From positions 2,879-66,878 of the forward strand of contig CAYLOO010000003.1 of NCBI GenBank assembly GCA_964385355.1: 64,000 nucleotides of DNA, in the 5' to 3' direction. Shown here piece after piece: positions 47,630 through 57,130 of the stretch (position 1 is the stretch's first letter; each line of letters starts with the position of its first letter). The position numbers were made by a program, and so were the translations under genes. The DNA is from an uncultured Anaerolineaceae bacterium. GTDB taxonomy: Bacteria; Chloroflexota; Anaerolineae; Anaerolineales; E44-bin32. The notes beneath the pieces are model-generated. The model searched no databases. It had not been told where the DNA came from and worked only from the letters and a program-made list of their open reading frames with translations.

Positions 47630-48268
47630 GTGTATTTATATGGAAAGAAAATATTGTTTCTCGGCGCACATCCCGATGACATTGAATTGGGCTGCGGGGC
47701 ATTACTAGCAAATATCAACAAGCACGTGGACATCATAGCCGTCACGCTTTCAGATAATCAAAAGAACCCCTCCCTTGAGAAAATTGTTGATGAACATTAT
47801 CGCAGCATGGAAATCCTGGGTGTAGGTCCGGAGCAGGTTGTCCTGGGTCCTTTCGAAACACGCAATTTCCCCCGCGATCGACAAGAGATCCTGGAGTTCT
47901 TGTTTGATCTTAATGCCAAACACCACCCGGATATGGTCTTTGTGCACACTCGTGCTGACATCCACCAGGATCACAGCGTGACGACAATGGAAGCTCTAAG
48001 GGCATTCCGGGGCACGACAGTGTTAGGTTTTGATGTGATGCGCAGCAGCTATGGATTTTTCCCGCATTTTCTGATCGAAGTCACACAGGAGGACGTCGAA
48101 AGGAAAGTCGAAGCTCTAGCGGCCTACGAGACGTATAAGGATAAGTATTACTTCTCACCCGAGATTATTCGATCGACCTCTGTGCGCCATGGATCCTTGG
48201 CCGAACGCCCCTTTGCAGAGGGGTTTGACATCTTGCGTGTTATTGGAAACTTTGGGCTCGATGGCTAG
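47630..48268 (+). CDS. PIG-L/LmbE-family N-acetyl-sugar deacetylase
   Basis: Motifs KILFLGAHPDDIELGCG and DIHQDH are typical of this zinc-dependent deacetylase family. GTG start after GGAGAG. Confidence 0.8.
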   Translation: MYLYGKKILFLGAHPDDIELGCGALLANINKHVDIIAVTLSDNQKNPSLEKIVDEHYRSMEILGVGPEQVVLGPFETRNFPRDRQEILEFLFDLNAKHHPDMVFVHTRADIHQDHSVTTMEALRAFRGTTVLGFDVMRSSYGFFPHFLIEVTQEDVERKVEALAAYETYKDKYYFSPEIIRSTSVRHGSLAERPFAEGFDILRVIGNFGLDG

Positions 48269-48346
48269 AATCTACCCATGAATTCAAGATCCGGTCTTCG
48301 CTAGGGACTGCAGTAAAACTCGATCTCCCTCACATATGAAAACTTC

Positions 48347-49351
48347 GTGATGTCTACTTCCGAAAAAACCACTTCCACCAATCCGGCATGTTCGATCGTC
48401 CTTAGAGCATTCAACGAGGAGAAGCATATCGGACGCTTGCTCAGCGGTATTCTTGAGCAGAAGATGTCCGCTGTAGAAATCATCCTGGTTGACTCCGGAT
48501 CTACGGACGCAACGCTGGCTATTGCCTCGCGGTATCCAGTGCGAGTCTTGTCTATTCTTCCTGAAGAGTTCACATTTGGCCGATCGTTGAACATAGGATG
48601 TTCCGCTGCGCAGGGCGAATTCATCGTCCTTGCCAGCGCGCATGTTTATCCGGTTTACCCGGATTGGCTTGAGTGCTTGCTAGCTCCCTTTGAGGATGAG
48701 AAGGTCGCGCTTGTATATGGAAAACAGCGCGGAAACAAGGCAACACGCTTCAGCGAGCATCAAATATATGCGAAGTGGTTCCCGGATGCCTCGAAACCCC
48801 ACCAGGAGATTCCCTTTTGCAATAATGCAAACGCGGCGATCCGCCGCTCCTTGTGGCAGATGCGGCCTTACGACGAAGAGCTGCCTGGTTTGGAGGATCT
48901 TGACTGGGCAACATGGGCGATGGAAGAAGGTTTTCATATTGCATACGTTGCGGAAGCCGAGATCATCCATGTGCACGATGAAACGCCAAGAGCCGTGTTT
49001 AACCGCTACCGCCGCGAGGCGATGGCGCTTCATCGGATCAGACCTCAGGAACAGTTCGGCCTTGCTGACTTTGGGCAGCTCTATATCTCCAATGTGATCA
49101 GCGATATCTGGCATGCTCTTAATCAGGGCGAAGCACTCAACAAACTCTGGGAGATTCTCTGGTTTCGGTGGATGCAATTCTGGGGGACGTACCGAGGCTT
49201 CACGATAGCGGGCTCCCTTACAGGGGAGTTGAAGGAAACATTCTATTACCCACAGAGTTTACGGAAGAGAAAGATATCACGGGAGAGAGAAATTCAACCC
49301 ATCGAATATGGTATTGTTTCTGAAGACCACTCGATTGGGGATACGGAATGA
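48347..49351 (+). CDS. Glycosyltransferase family 2
   Basis: Motifs CSIVLRAFNEEKHIGRLL, IILVDSGSTDAT and FIVLASAHVYP, with LEDLDW further downstream. Confidence 0.8.
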   Translation: MMSTSEKTTSTNPACSIVLRAFNEEKHIGRLLSGILEQKMSAVEIILVDSGSTDATLAIASRYPVRVLSILPEEFTFGRSLNIGCSAAQGEFIVLASAHVYPVYPDWLECLLAPFEDEKVALVYGKQRGNKATRFSEHQIYAKWFPDASKPHQEIPFCNNANAAIRRSLWQMRPYDEELPGLEDLDWATWAMEEGFHIAYVAEAEIIHVHDETPRAVFNRYRREAMALHRIRPQEQFGLADFGQLYISNVISDIWHALNQGEALNKLWEILWFRWMQFWGTYRGFTIAGSLTGELKETFYYPQSLRKRKISREREIQPIEYGIVSEDHSIGDTE

Positions 49352-49424
49352 TTTCTAAATTTTAAGTTTTAGACCCTGATGGCCCAATAGATCAAATGTT
49401 TAAGGGATTAGATGGGAGTTCATT

Positions 49425-50129
49425 GTGACTTCTGAGTCGGCGGTTGGTCCAGGGATAGTGGCTCTCGTGCCCATGCGGCATCACTCTGAACGTGTCCCAG
49501 GAAAAAACTACAGAATGCTCTCCGGCAAACCTCTCTATGGCTATATCATCGAGACGCTTCTAGCATGTCCGGGAATTAATCAGATTGTCGTCAATACAGA
49601 CAGCCCAGTCATCGAAGAAGGTATTTCTGATCAGTACCCGTCGGTCAAGTTGATTCAACGGCCAGCCCATTTATGTGGGGATATGGTTCCGATGAATGAA
49701 ATCCTGCTCTACGACATCGAGCAGGTACCTGCCGATTTCTACCTTCAGACACACAGCACGAACCCCTTATTACGCGCAGAAACGATCTCGCGGGCAATCC
49801 AAACGTTTCTTGCTGATCGAGAACGGACCTCATTATTTTCTGTAACCAGAGTTCAGACTCGGCTATGGTCGGAAGACAGCAAACCCCTGAACCATAATCC
49901 CAAAGAGCTTCTCAGGACCCAGGATCTGCCGCCGGTTTACGAGGAGAACTCATGTATCTATTTATTTAACCGGAACACACTCATCGAAAGCAAGAATCGG
50001 CTTGGGGAGAGGCCACGGTTATTTGAGATTGATCCCTCGGAAGCCTGGGATATCGATGACGAATTGGATATGGTCATTGTAGGATCGTTAGTGGCCGGAA
50101 GAGCGACAATGGATTCGGGAGAGATATAG
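49425..50129 (+). CDS. Acylneuraminate-type cytidylyltransferase (third CMP-sugar synthetase candidate)
   Basis: VALVPMRHHSERVPGKNYRMLSGKPLYGYIIETL, QIVVNTDS and LQTHSTNPL fit the CTP_transf_3 pattern. GTG start after GGGAG. Confidence 0.7.
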   Translation: MTSESAVGPGIVALVPMRHHSERVPGKNYRMLSGKPLYGYIIETLLACPGINQIVVNTDSPVIEEGISDQYPSVKLIQRPAHLCGDMVPMNEILLYDIEQVPADFYLQTHSTNPLLRAETISRAIQTFLADRERTSLFSVTRVQTRLWSEDSKPLNHNPKELLRTQDLPPVYEENSCIYLFNRNTLIESKNRLGERPRLFEIDPSEAWDIDDELDMVIVGSLVAGRATMDSGEI

Positions 50130-50133
50130 CCGA

Positions 50134-51126
50134 ATGGGTTTACGCGTCCTTGTATCAGCGCCTTATATGCTTCCGGTGATCGAGCGTTTCCAGCCGATCT
50201 TCGATGAGTTAGGCGTCGAGGTGATACTCGCCGAGGTTGAAGAGCGTCTTTCGGAGGATGAGCTCTTAGCATTCGCGGGCTCAATCGACGGAGTTATCTG
50301 TGGTGACGATCGTTTCACAGAAAAAGTCCTCAAAGCGGCAGCCCCACGTTTGCAGGTGATCTCCAAATGGGGGACGGGCATCGATTCGATTGACGGAGAA
50401 GCGGCAAGTGACCTCGGGATCCAGGTCATGAACACACCCGGGGCGTTCACCGATCCGGCGGCAGACAGCGTGCTTGGGTATGTTCTAGCCTTTGCCCGCT
50501 CCCAGCCGTGGATGACTCAGCAGATGAAAGATGGGAAGTGGGAGAAGATTCTGGGGTGCGCGCTTAGCGAGTGCACATTGGGGGTAGTGGGGGTAGGGAA
50601 GATAGGCAAAGCTGTGCTCAAAAGAGCGCGGGCCTTTGGCATGGACCTACGAGGAAATGATGTCGTAGATATTGATCCGGAGTTCATCGCAGAGGTAGGG
50701 GTCCAGATGATAGCCCTCGAGAATCTTCTCGAGCAAGCTGATTTCATCAGCATCAACTGCGATCTTAATCCCACATCGAGGGGATTGATCGATCGCGGGG
50801 CGTTCGGACTCATGCAGGCAAATGCTGTGCTCATCAACACAGCCCGCGGTCCAATCGTCGTCGAGGAGGCGTTAATCGAGGCGCTCCGCGACAAATCGAT
50901 CGCCGGCGCAGCCCTGGATGTTTTTGAAGAAGAGCCGCTGCCTGGAGAAAGCCCATTGCGTGCCATGGACAATGTGCTGCTAGCGCCACATAATGCCAAC
51001 AGCAGCCCCGGTGCCTGGGAGAGGGTTCACCTGAATACACTTCGCAACTTGATAACTGGATTGGGGCTATCCGTTCCCACAAGCCTGGGCAAGATGGAAT
51101 CAAACGGACAGAAGAACTCCGATTAG
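50134..51126 (+). CDS. D-isomer-specific 2-hydroxyacid dehydrogenase (phosphoglycerate dehydrogenase-like)
   Basis: Motifs GVVGVGKIGKAV, INTARGPIVVEEAL, AALDVFEEEP and APHNA. Confidence 0.85.
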   Translation: MGLRVLVSAPYMLPVIERFQPIFDELGVEVILAEVEERLSEDELLAFAGSIDGVICGDDRFTEKVLKAAAPRLQVISKWGTGIDSIDGEAASDLGIQVMNTPGAFTDPAADSVLGYVLAFARSQPWMTQQMKDGKWEKILGCALSECTLGVVGVGKIGKAVLKRARAFGMDLRGNDVVDIDPEFIAEVGVQMIALENLLEQADFISINCDLNPTSRGLIDRGAFGLMQANAVLINTARGPIVVEEALIEALRDKSIAGAALDVFEEEPLPGESPLRAMDNVLLAPHNANSSPGAWERVHLNTLRNLITGLGLSVPTSLGKMESNGQKNSD

Positions 51127-51186
51127 AAATAGGCTCTTTATAGCATCTCTTTTGTTTTAGGGGTGCGTGGATCAAGGAGTTACACA

Positions 51187-51936
51187 ATGGACCGAATTGC
51201 GCTGATCACTGGCGCGGCAGGGGGAATTGGAACCGCGGCAGTTGAAGCCTTCAACAAGGCAGGTTGGACCGTTCTGGCTGTGGATCGATCTGAAGAGGGC
51301 GTTTTTCCGGAAGGCACAACTTTCTTCAAGGCAGATGTGTCCGAACCCGCTTCTGTTTCTGAGTTATTTAAGGCTGTTCAGGAGAAGACGGATCGCTTGG
51401 ATGCCCTCGTCAACAACGCAGCCATTCAGATTTGCAAACCATTGGTTGAAATGCACGTAGAAGAATGGGATGCAGTCCTGAATTCTAATTTGCGCTCAGT
51501 TTTCCTAATGGCTCGCGATGCACTAGGCTTGTTGAAGAATGCCAGGGGTTCGATCGTCAACGTCAGTTCGATTCATGCAGTTTCCACATCGAAGAACATC
51601 GCTGCCTACGCGGCGAGTAAGGGGGGCATGGTCGCGCTTACGCGCGCAATGGCGATCGAATTCGCGGATGCTGGAGTGCGGGTAAACGCCATCCTGCCCG
51701 GTGCAGTTGACACGCAGATGCTGCGGGAGGGTTTGAGCCGGGGACACGTAAAGGGTTCCAATATCGAGGATCAATTGAACGATCTTGGTCAGCGAACAGT
51801 GATGGGGCGCGTCGGGGATCCCCGCGAGATTGCACAGAGCATTCTATTCTTAGCTGACGAAGAACAATCTTCTTTTGTGACGGGCCACGCAATGGTCGTG
51901 GATGGGGGAGCGACGATTCGATTGAGCACGGAGTAG
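51187..51936 (+). CDS. Short-chain dehydrogenase/reductase (SDR)
   Basis: ATG 51187 is preceded by AAGGAG. Motifs ALITGAAGGIGTA, NNAA and YAASKGG. Confidence 0.85.
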   Translation: MDRIALITGAAGGIGTAAVEAFNKAGWTVLAVDRSEEGVFPEGTTFFKADVSEPASVSELFKAVQEKTDRLDALVNNAAIQICKPLVEMHVEEWDAVLNSNLRSVFLMARDALGLLKNARGSIVNVSSIHAVSTSKNIAAYAASKGGMVALTRAMAIEFADAGVRVNAILPGAVDTQMLREGLSRGHVKGSNIEDQLNDLGQRTVMGRVGDPREIAQSILFLADEEQSSFVTGHAMVVDGGATIRLSTE

Positions 51937-52179
51937 GGGGTTTTAGATTCCTTTCTTTCAAATGCGGTCTTTTTGGGGGATTATATATTGAGTTTGGTAG
52001 GTACAGTGTTTGGGGCATTCTTCAAAGATATTGGCTTTTGCAAGGTCAAGCCACACGGGGCAATAGTATTAACAAGCAAACCTCATTAGGGGGTCATGTA
52101 ATTAATCATCAGAGACTTCCATGGTCTTAGCCGCTTCACATTTGAGGATAGATATTAAATACTCTACTGGGTTTATCTC

Positions 52180-54147
52180 ATGCTCCTTTTAATATCTATA
52201 CTTACATTTTTAGCGATTTTTCTTCACCTGTTTGGTCGATCTGAAACCCTTGAGAGAAGTAATTTCAATGGCCGAGCTGCATTCCTGGGTGCAGTTGTTG
52301 TCTGGGGAGTATTGGTAACTCTCACTTTAGAGACTCTCAGCCTTATTAATGCGATTTCGAAAATCTGGCTCGGATTTGCTTGGGTAGCGGTGTTTCTAGG
52401 AATAGTCTGGATAATCATACGGAGCGGCTCTCACAAAGCAGCTTTCGAAGCGTTGAAACGAAGTCATCAGCGCATCCCATGGCTTGGTGGCATCGTCATC
52501 TTTGGGATGGGCATCATCGTTGTCGCCCAGTTAATTACTGCGATCATCTCCCCGTCGAATAATGCCGATTCATTGCTCTATCATATGACCCGCGTCATGC
52601 ACTGGGCTCAGAATCGATCCCTCGACCACTACCCAACAGCCTATCACTACCAACTTATGATGCCTCCGTGGGCAGAAATGGCAATCTTGACCCTTCGGAC
52701 ATTATGGGGAAATGATCGATTTGCTAATTTGGTTCAATGGTTCAGCATGGTCGGCTCAGCGGTAGGGGTTTCGACCCTAGCGGCAATATTGGGGGCGAGA
52801 TTCCGAGGTCAACTCCTGGCTACGGTATTCGCGGTGACTATTCCAATGGGCGTATTACAAGCAACGAGTACGCAGAATGATTATGTTGTTGCTTTCTGGC
52901 TTGTGTGCCTGGCTTACTTTGTGCTGTTGAGTAAAAAGCGTCCGCTCGACCGTGTGGAGCAGCTTATCATGGCCGGGGCGGTCGGGTTAGGAATGCTCAC
53001 AAAAGTCACTTTTTATATTTATGCGCTACCCTGGCTTATATGGTTTATCTTCTCCCAGAACTTTAAGTCGAATAGAAGGCGATTTGTATTTGATTTTGCA
53101 GCTATGACTCTCATAGTTGTCACTCTCAACCTGGGCTATTGGTCGAGGAATATCTTGACCTATGAAACACCTTTTGGGCCTGGAGACATCGTCCGCAGGT
53201 TTACCGCGACGGAAATCATGCCGCTTGATGCATCACCTAGTAGGGATCCCTCGATTTCAAAAAATTGTTCAGAGCCAAGTCTTCCACGGCGTATCTATTC
53301 TGCAGAAGTGAAAATGATTGGTCGTAATCTTATCACGCCATCAAATACCATCAACCAGTGGTTTAGAGGACTAATGGCGGAATCCCCATGCGTCTTTGGG
53401 TCTAATTACGCCACAACAATGACCGGGGCAATATGGAACCATGAAGACACCGCAGGGAACATTCTGCACACCGGGCTCGTTGGCTTCTCGTTAGTGTTGC
53501 TTGGTCTTAAGTTTCATGATGCTCGGAAACGATATGTGATTACGTATGCTTTAATGAGCCTTATCGGTTATTTATTACTCCCGGTTATCATCGGCAATGG
53601 TTCCAGTCTAGTAGGTCTACGTTTTCAGCTGCCTTTTTTTGTAATGTGGGGACCCGTATTCGGTTCGGTGATAGAGGGATCTACGAAACCGAGGCTCGGA
53701 TGGTTGGTTGCTGTAGGGCTTCTTATCGCGGCTATGCCATGGGTTTTCTTTAACAATACAAGACCTCTCATCGGGGCTCAGCCCTGGACGACAAAACTCC
53801 CCAGTGTTCTGGGAACTCCACCTGAGGAGATTCTATTTGCCATGAATCATGGGAGTTATGATGAATACCTTGACATTGCAAAAACCATAAGGCAGTCCGA
53901 TTGCAAGGATATCGGTTTAGTGCTCGATTCGCATGACTTTGAGTATCAGCTATGGTGGCTGCTTGACGCACCCCAGAGTGGGCTTAAAATGAGATCGATT
54001 GAAACGTTTGTCAGTTTAGAACGGTATCTTGACCTCGCGTATGAGCCCTGCGCAATCATCTGTACAATATGCGGTGATAGATCCGAGTACGCCGGGATGC
54101 CTTTGGCGAAGAGCTATGGATCTCTGAGCCTCTATCTTGAGAATTGA
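52180..54147 (+). CDS. Large polytopic membrane protein, GT-C-like candidate
   Basis: 655 aa. Loop motif SNNADSLLYHMTRVMHWAQNRSLDHYP...MMPPWAEM, with more than 12 hydrophobic segments and a C-terminal soluble region. Confidence 0.45.
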   Translation: MLLLISILTFLAIFLHLFGRSETLERSNFNGRAAFLGAVVVWGVLVTLTLETLSLINAISKIWLGFAWVAVFLGIVWIIIRSGSHKAAFEALKRSHQRIPWLGGIVIFGMGIIVVAQLITAIISPSNNADSLLYHMTRVMHWAQNRSLDHYPTAYHYQLMMPPWAEMAILTLRTLWGNDRFANLVQWFSMVGSAVGVSTLAAILGARFRGQLLATVFAVTIPMGVLQATSTQNDYVVAFWLVCLAYFVLLSKKRPLDRVEQLIMAGAVGLGMLTKVTFYIYALPWLIWFIFSQNFKSNRRRFVFDFAAMTLIVVTLNLGYWSRNILTYETPFGPGDIVRRFTATEIMPLDASPSRDPSISKNCSEPSLPRRIYSAEVKMIGRNLITPSNTINQWFRGLMAESPCVFGSNYATTMTGAIWNHEDTAGNILHTGLVGFSLVLLGLKFHDARKRYVITYALMSLIGYLLLPVIIGNGSSLVGLRFQLPFFVMWGPVFGSVIEGSTKPRLGWLVAVGLLIAAMPWVFFNNTRPLIGAQPWTTKLPSVLGTPPEEILFAMNHGSYDEYLDIAKTIRQSDCKDIGLVLDSHDFEYQLWWLLDAPQSGLKMRSIETFVSLERYLDLAYEPCAIICTICGDRSEYAGMPLAKSYGSLSLYLEN

Positions 54148-54304
54148 ATGGTTGTGGTTTCTAGTTATTACGTCCGATTCCATGCGGTGTTGTAAGGAGT
54201 TATCTCGCCGTGATTGTTATTCATGAAAGTGATTTCTTCAAATCCCAGGAAGTCAATCGTTGGGCAAGCTTTACGTGAGCTAATACACAGCGGAAGTGTT
54301 TAGG

Positions 54305-54619
54305 ATGCTTGCCTTTCTACCCATCTTGGGTTTCTTATGTCTAGTTATTTATCTAGGACAGGGCCGCCCAATCTAGGGTTGGAGGCTGACTTTCTTGTGG
54401 GCTGCTGTAATTTTAGGCACATATAGTGTCCTATCAGTTGAGACTCTTAGCCTTCTCGATACGGTCACGCGAGCTACTCTTACGAACGACTGGCCGCTGC
54501 CACTCCTGAGTCTAAGTAACGCGTTTGGCATCTTATGGCGTCGCGATCGAAGATTGCGTCTCCATGCGTTCACCTTTCATGAAGGGTGGGATTTCGTCTC
54601 TACATGGACGGCACGGTAG
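54305..54619 (+). pseudogene. Decayed duplicate of the 5' end of the 52180..54147 gene (in-frame TAG at 54374-54376, truncated after ~104 codons)
   Basis: A single frame reads MLAFLPILGFLCLVIYLGQGRPI*GWRLTFLWAAVILGTYSVLSVETLSLLDTVTRATL.... This parallels MLLLISILTFLAIFLHLFG...AAFLGAVVVWGVLVTLTLETLSLINAISKIWL of the upstream gene. GAGACTCTTAGCCTT (54440-54454) matches GAGACTCTCAGCCTT (52330-52344) at 14 of 15 nt. Confidence 0.55.
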
Positions 54620-54649
54620 AATGGGGCTTGGTAGGTTAACATTTAATCC

Positions 54650-55477
54650 ATGAGTAAACCAAGAGATTTCATCTACTCAATAAAGAAATACATACCCTTT
54701 ACGCTGTGGCGGAAGCTGACAGCGCCCTATTGGTGGTGGTATAACCGCGCAAGCCATCAACTGGCGGCATTCTTAAGCACGCGGCGTCGGAAAAGTGCAG
54801 CTAGGATCAAATCCTTTCGAAATATACATCAAGGCGAACGCTGCTTCATCATCGGCAACGGTCCAAGTTTGAAGCACACTGATCTGAGCCTTCTGAGGAA
54901 TGAGATTACCTTTGGGATGAATCGAATTTATCTCCTCTTCCCAGAGATTGGGTATCCTACTAGCTACTATCTCGCAATCAACACTTTGGTGATTAAACAG
55001 TGTGCGAACGAGATCATGGCTTTGGATATCCCTCATTTCGTAAGCTGGCGCGGTCGGAAATGGTTACGCCCTGATCCCGACGTGATTTATTTCGACACGG
55101 ACTACACAGATCCTCCCACCTTCTCTCGGGATGTGTCTGGGCGGATCTTTGAAGGGTCAACGGTAACATACGTCGCGATGCAGCTTGCTTATCACATGGG
55201 TTTCGAAGAGGTGATCCTCGTTGGGGTAGACCATAGCTTCACGACCAAAGGAAAACCGAATGTAACCGTCGTTTCCGATGGGGAAGATCCCAACCATTTC
55301 TCTGTCGAATACTTCGGAAAAGGGTTCCGTTGGCAGCTCCCTGATCTTGATGCATCGGAAAGGGCATATTTGATGGCCCGTGAAGCTTTCGAAGCTTCTG
55401 GTCGACGGGTACTCGATGCTACGATTGGCGGGAAACTCGAGATCTTCCCGAAGATTCAGTTGGAGGATCTCTTCTAA
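54650..55477 (+). CDS. DUF115 (MptE/Maf-like) protein resembling CstII-type (GT42) sialyltransferases; candidate nonulosonate transferase
   Basis: CFIIGNGPSLKHTDLSLL...TFGMNRIY parallels the CstII N-terminus (IIAGNGPSLKEIDY...FRCNQFY as recalled). YVAMQLAYHMGFEEVILVGVDHSF parallels CAVAIALGYKEIYLSGIDFY. Confidence 0.55.
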   Translation: MSKPRDFIYSIKKYIPFTLWRKLTAPYWWWYNRASHQLAAFLSTRRRKSAARIKSFRNIHQGERCFIIGNGPSLKHTDLSLLRNEITFGMNRIYLLFPEIGYPTSYYLAINTLVIKQCANEIMALDIPHFVSWRGRKWLRPDPDVIYFDTDYTDPPTFSRDVSGRIFEGSTVTYVAMQLAYHMGFEEVILVGVDHSFTTKGKPNVTVVSDGEDPNHFSVEYFGKGFRWQLPDLDASERAYLMAREAFEASGRRVLDATIGGKLEIFPKIQLEDLF

Positions 55478-57079
55478 GTGCAAAGGTCCAATGACGTGTT
55501 GAGAAAACAGGGAACACGATTATGGGTGGCTTTCGCTCTTATTTTCTTAGGCTTCGTCGTTTTTCGCGTTTCATGGCTTTGCGATGATGCCTATATCACC
55601 TTCCGATCTATTCAAAACTTCATTAATGGATATGGTCTAGTCTATAACGTCGGCGAACGAGTCCAATCGTTCACACATCCACTTTGGATGCTCCTAATAT
55701 CAACCCTCTATTTTGTAGTATCCAAAGTCGCCGGCTTAAATTTCCCCAGCCAATTACCTATGATCGCAATTGCCTTGTCATTGGGGATTAGCTTTTCGGC
55801 TGTACTCATCTTCGCGATTGCTCATAAAGACAAGCCTTCAGCCACCATCCTCGGAATTCTCATCTTAGCCTCTTCTAAGGCTTTTACTGATTTCGCTGCC
55901 GCGGGGCTTGAGAACCCATTGACATATTTTCTCATCGCGGTTTTCTACTGGCGTTTTTTCTTATTGTTTCGTGATGAAAGTTCGATCAGACCTATTGATT
56001 TATTCGTCATGTCGCTGATCGTGGGGCTGTCAACTCTTAATCGGATGGACACGGTACTGATTTTCCTGCCGGCTTTAGTAACACTTTGGTGGTCAACGCC
56101 AAATAAGTTAAGAGGGGCACTTACGATTTTCGCTGGTTTTTTTCCTTTCATCCTGTGGGAGTTGTTCTCGACCTTGTACTACGGCTTCCCCTTCCCTAAT
56201 ACTGCCTATGCCAAACTCAATAGTGGTATCTCAGTCGGGGCTTATTTTTATCAAGGCTTTATGTATTTTCTAAATTCAATCTCGTTGGACCCAATCACCC
56301 TTCTGACGATCATGACAGCAGGTATCGCGCTTATCGGATTAAGAGAGAAACGCTTCCTTCCCGTGATACTTGGTTTATGGCTTTATATTTTTTATATCTT
56401 GCGTATCGGTGGAGACTACATGAGCGGGCGGTTTCTTAGCACGCTTGTGTTCTTGTCCGTGATGACTCTTGCCTATGTGGATCTCGAATGGAATAAATTT
56501 GCCTTACCTGCTTCAATGTTGATCTTGCTTTTTGGAATCAGCACTCAAACAGCGCCATTTCTGAGTGATTCTAGTTATGATGATACCCTCATTGATAACA
56601 ATGCTATTGCCAATGAGAGAGGATTCCGTTATCAAGAATGGGGTTTCCTTCGTATGAACCGCAATAGATTACTCCCTGATTCTCCATACGCGAACGATAA
56701 GTGGACAACCGAAGGATCAAGAGAGATCGTTGAGTCTGGTGCGATTGGTCTGCAGGGGTATATCCAAGGTCCTAATGTCCATATTCTGGATGTGATGGCT
56801 CTGACTGACCCTTTGCTTTCTCGTCTACCAGCTATGGATCGAGTTCATTGGCGCATCGGGCATATTGAGCGTTTGGTCCCTGAAGGTTATCGGGAGACGT
56901 TGCTAACTGGAGAAAATCTGATTTCTGATCCCAACTTGAAAGAATACTACGATTATCTCTCCCTGGTTACTCATAGCCCTATATGGGACCGCAACCGAGT
57001 AATCACGATCTGGAAATTTACGATCGGAGCGTACTCCGACCTTCTGGACTCCTATATCAATGAACAGTCCAATAACTGA
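55478..57079 (+). CDS. Polytopic membrane protein, GT-C-fold glycosyltransferase candidate (tandem paralogue 1, DD motif intact)
   Basis: The GTG start is adjacent to the upstream TAA. Motif WLCDDAYITFRSIQNFINGYGLVYNVGERVQSFTHPLW, and a C-terminal domain (LTDPLLSRLP...VPEGYRETLLTGEN). Confidence 0.5.
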   Translation: MQRSNDVLRKQGTRLWVAFALIFLGFVVFRVSWLCDDAYITFRSIQNFINGYGLVYNVGERVQSFTHPLWMLLISTLYFVVSKVAGLNFPSQLPMIAIALSLGISFSAVLIFAIAHKDKPSATILGILILASSKAFTDFAAAGLENPLTYFLIAVFYWRFFLLFRDESSIRPIDLFVMSLIVGLSTLNRMDTVLIFLPALVTLWWSTPNKLRGALTIFAGFFPFILWELFSTLYYGFPFPNTAYAKLNSGISVGAYFYQGFMYFLNSISLDPITLLTIMTAGIALIGLREKRFLPVILGLWLYIFYILRIGGDYMSGRFLSTLVFLSVMTLAYVDLEWNKFALPASMLILLFGISTQTAPFLSDSSYDDTLIDNNAIANERGFRYQEWGFLRMNRNRLLPDSPYANDKWTTEGSREIVESGAIGLQGYIQGPNVHILDVMALTDPLLSRLPAMDRVHWRIGHIERLVPEGYRETLLTGENLISDPNLKEYYDYLSLVTHSPIWDRNRVITIWKFTIGAYSDLLDSYINEQSNN

Positions 57080-57130
57080 TAATATTTCCTAAATAAGGAA
57101 TCTTGATACCTTAAGCACGAAAGCTGTTGC

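Noticed and set aside
54210-54278. A 22-codon ORF (VIVIHESDFFKSQEVNRWASFT) with a good AAGGAG RBS 9 nt upstream of its GTG.
   Set aside because: It is too short and has no recognisable features. It lies in the same decayed region as the GT-C remnant and may be debris. Only ribosome profiling or conservation analysis could rescue it.
54395-54619. A 74-aa ORF from the track, considered as a stand-alone small membrane protein.
   Set aside because: It is in frame with, and continuous across a single TAG from, an upstream ATG frame (54305). It also mirrors the N-terminus of the 52180 gene, so it is better explained as part of a pseudogene remnant.
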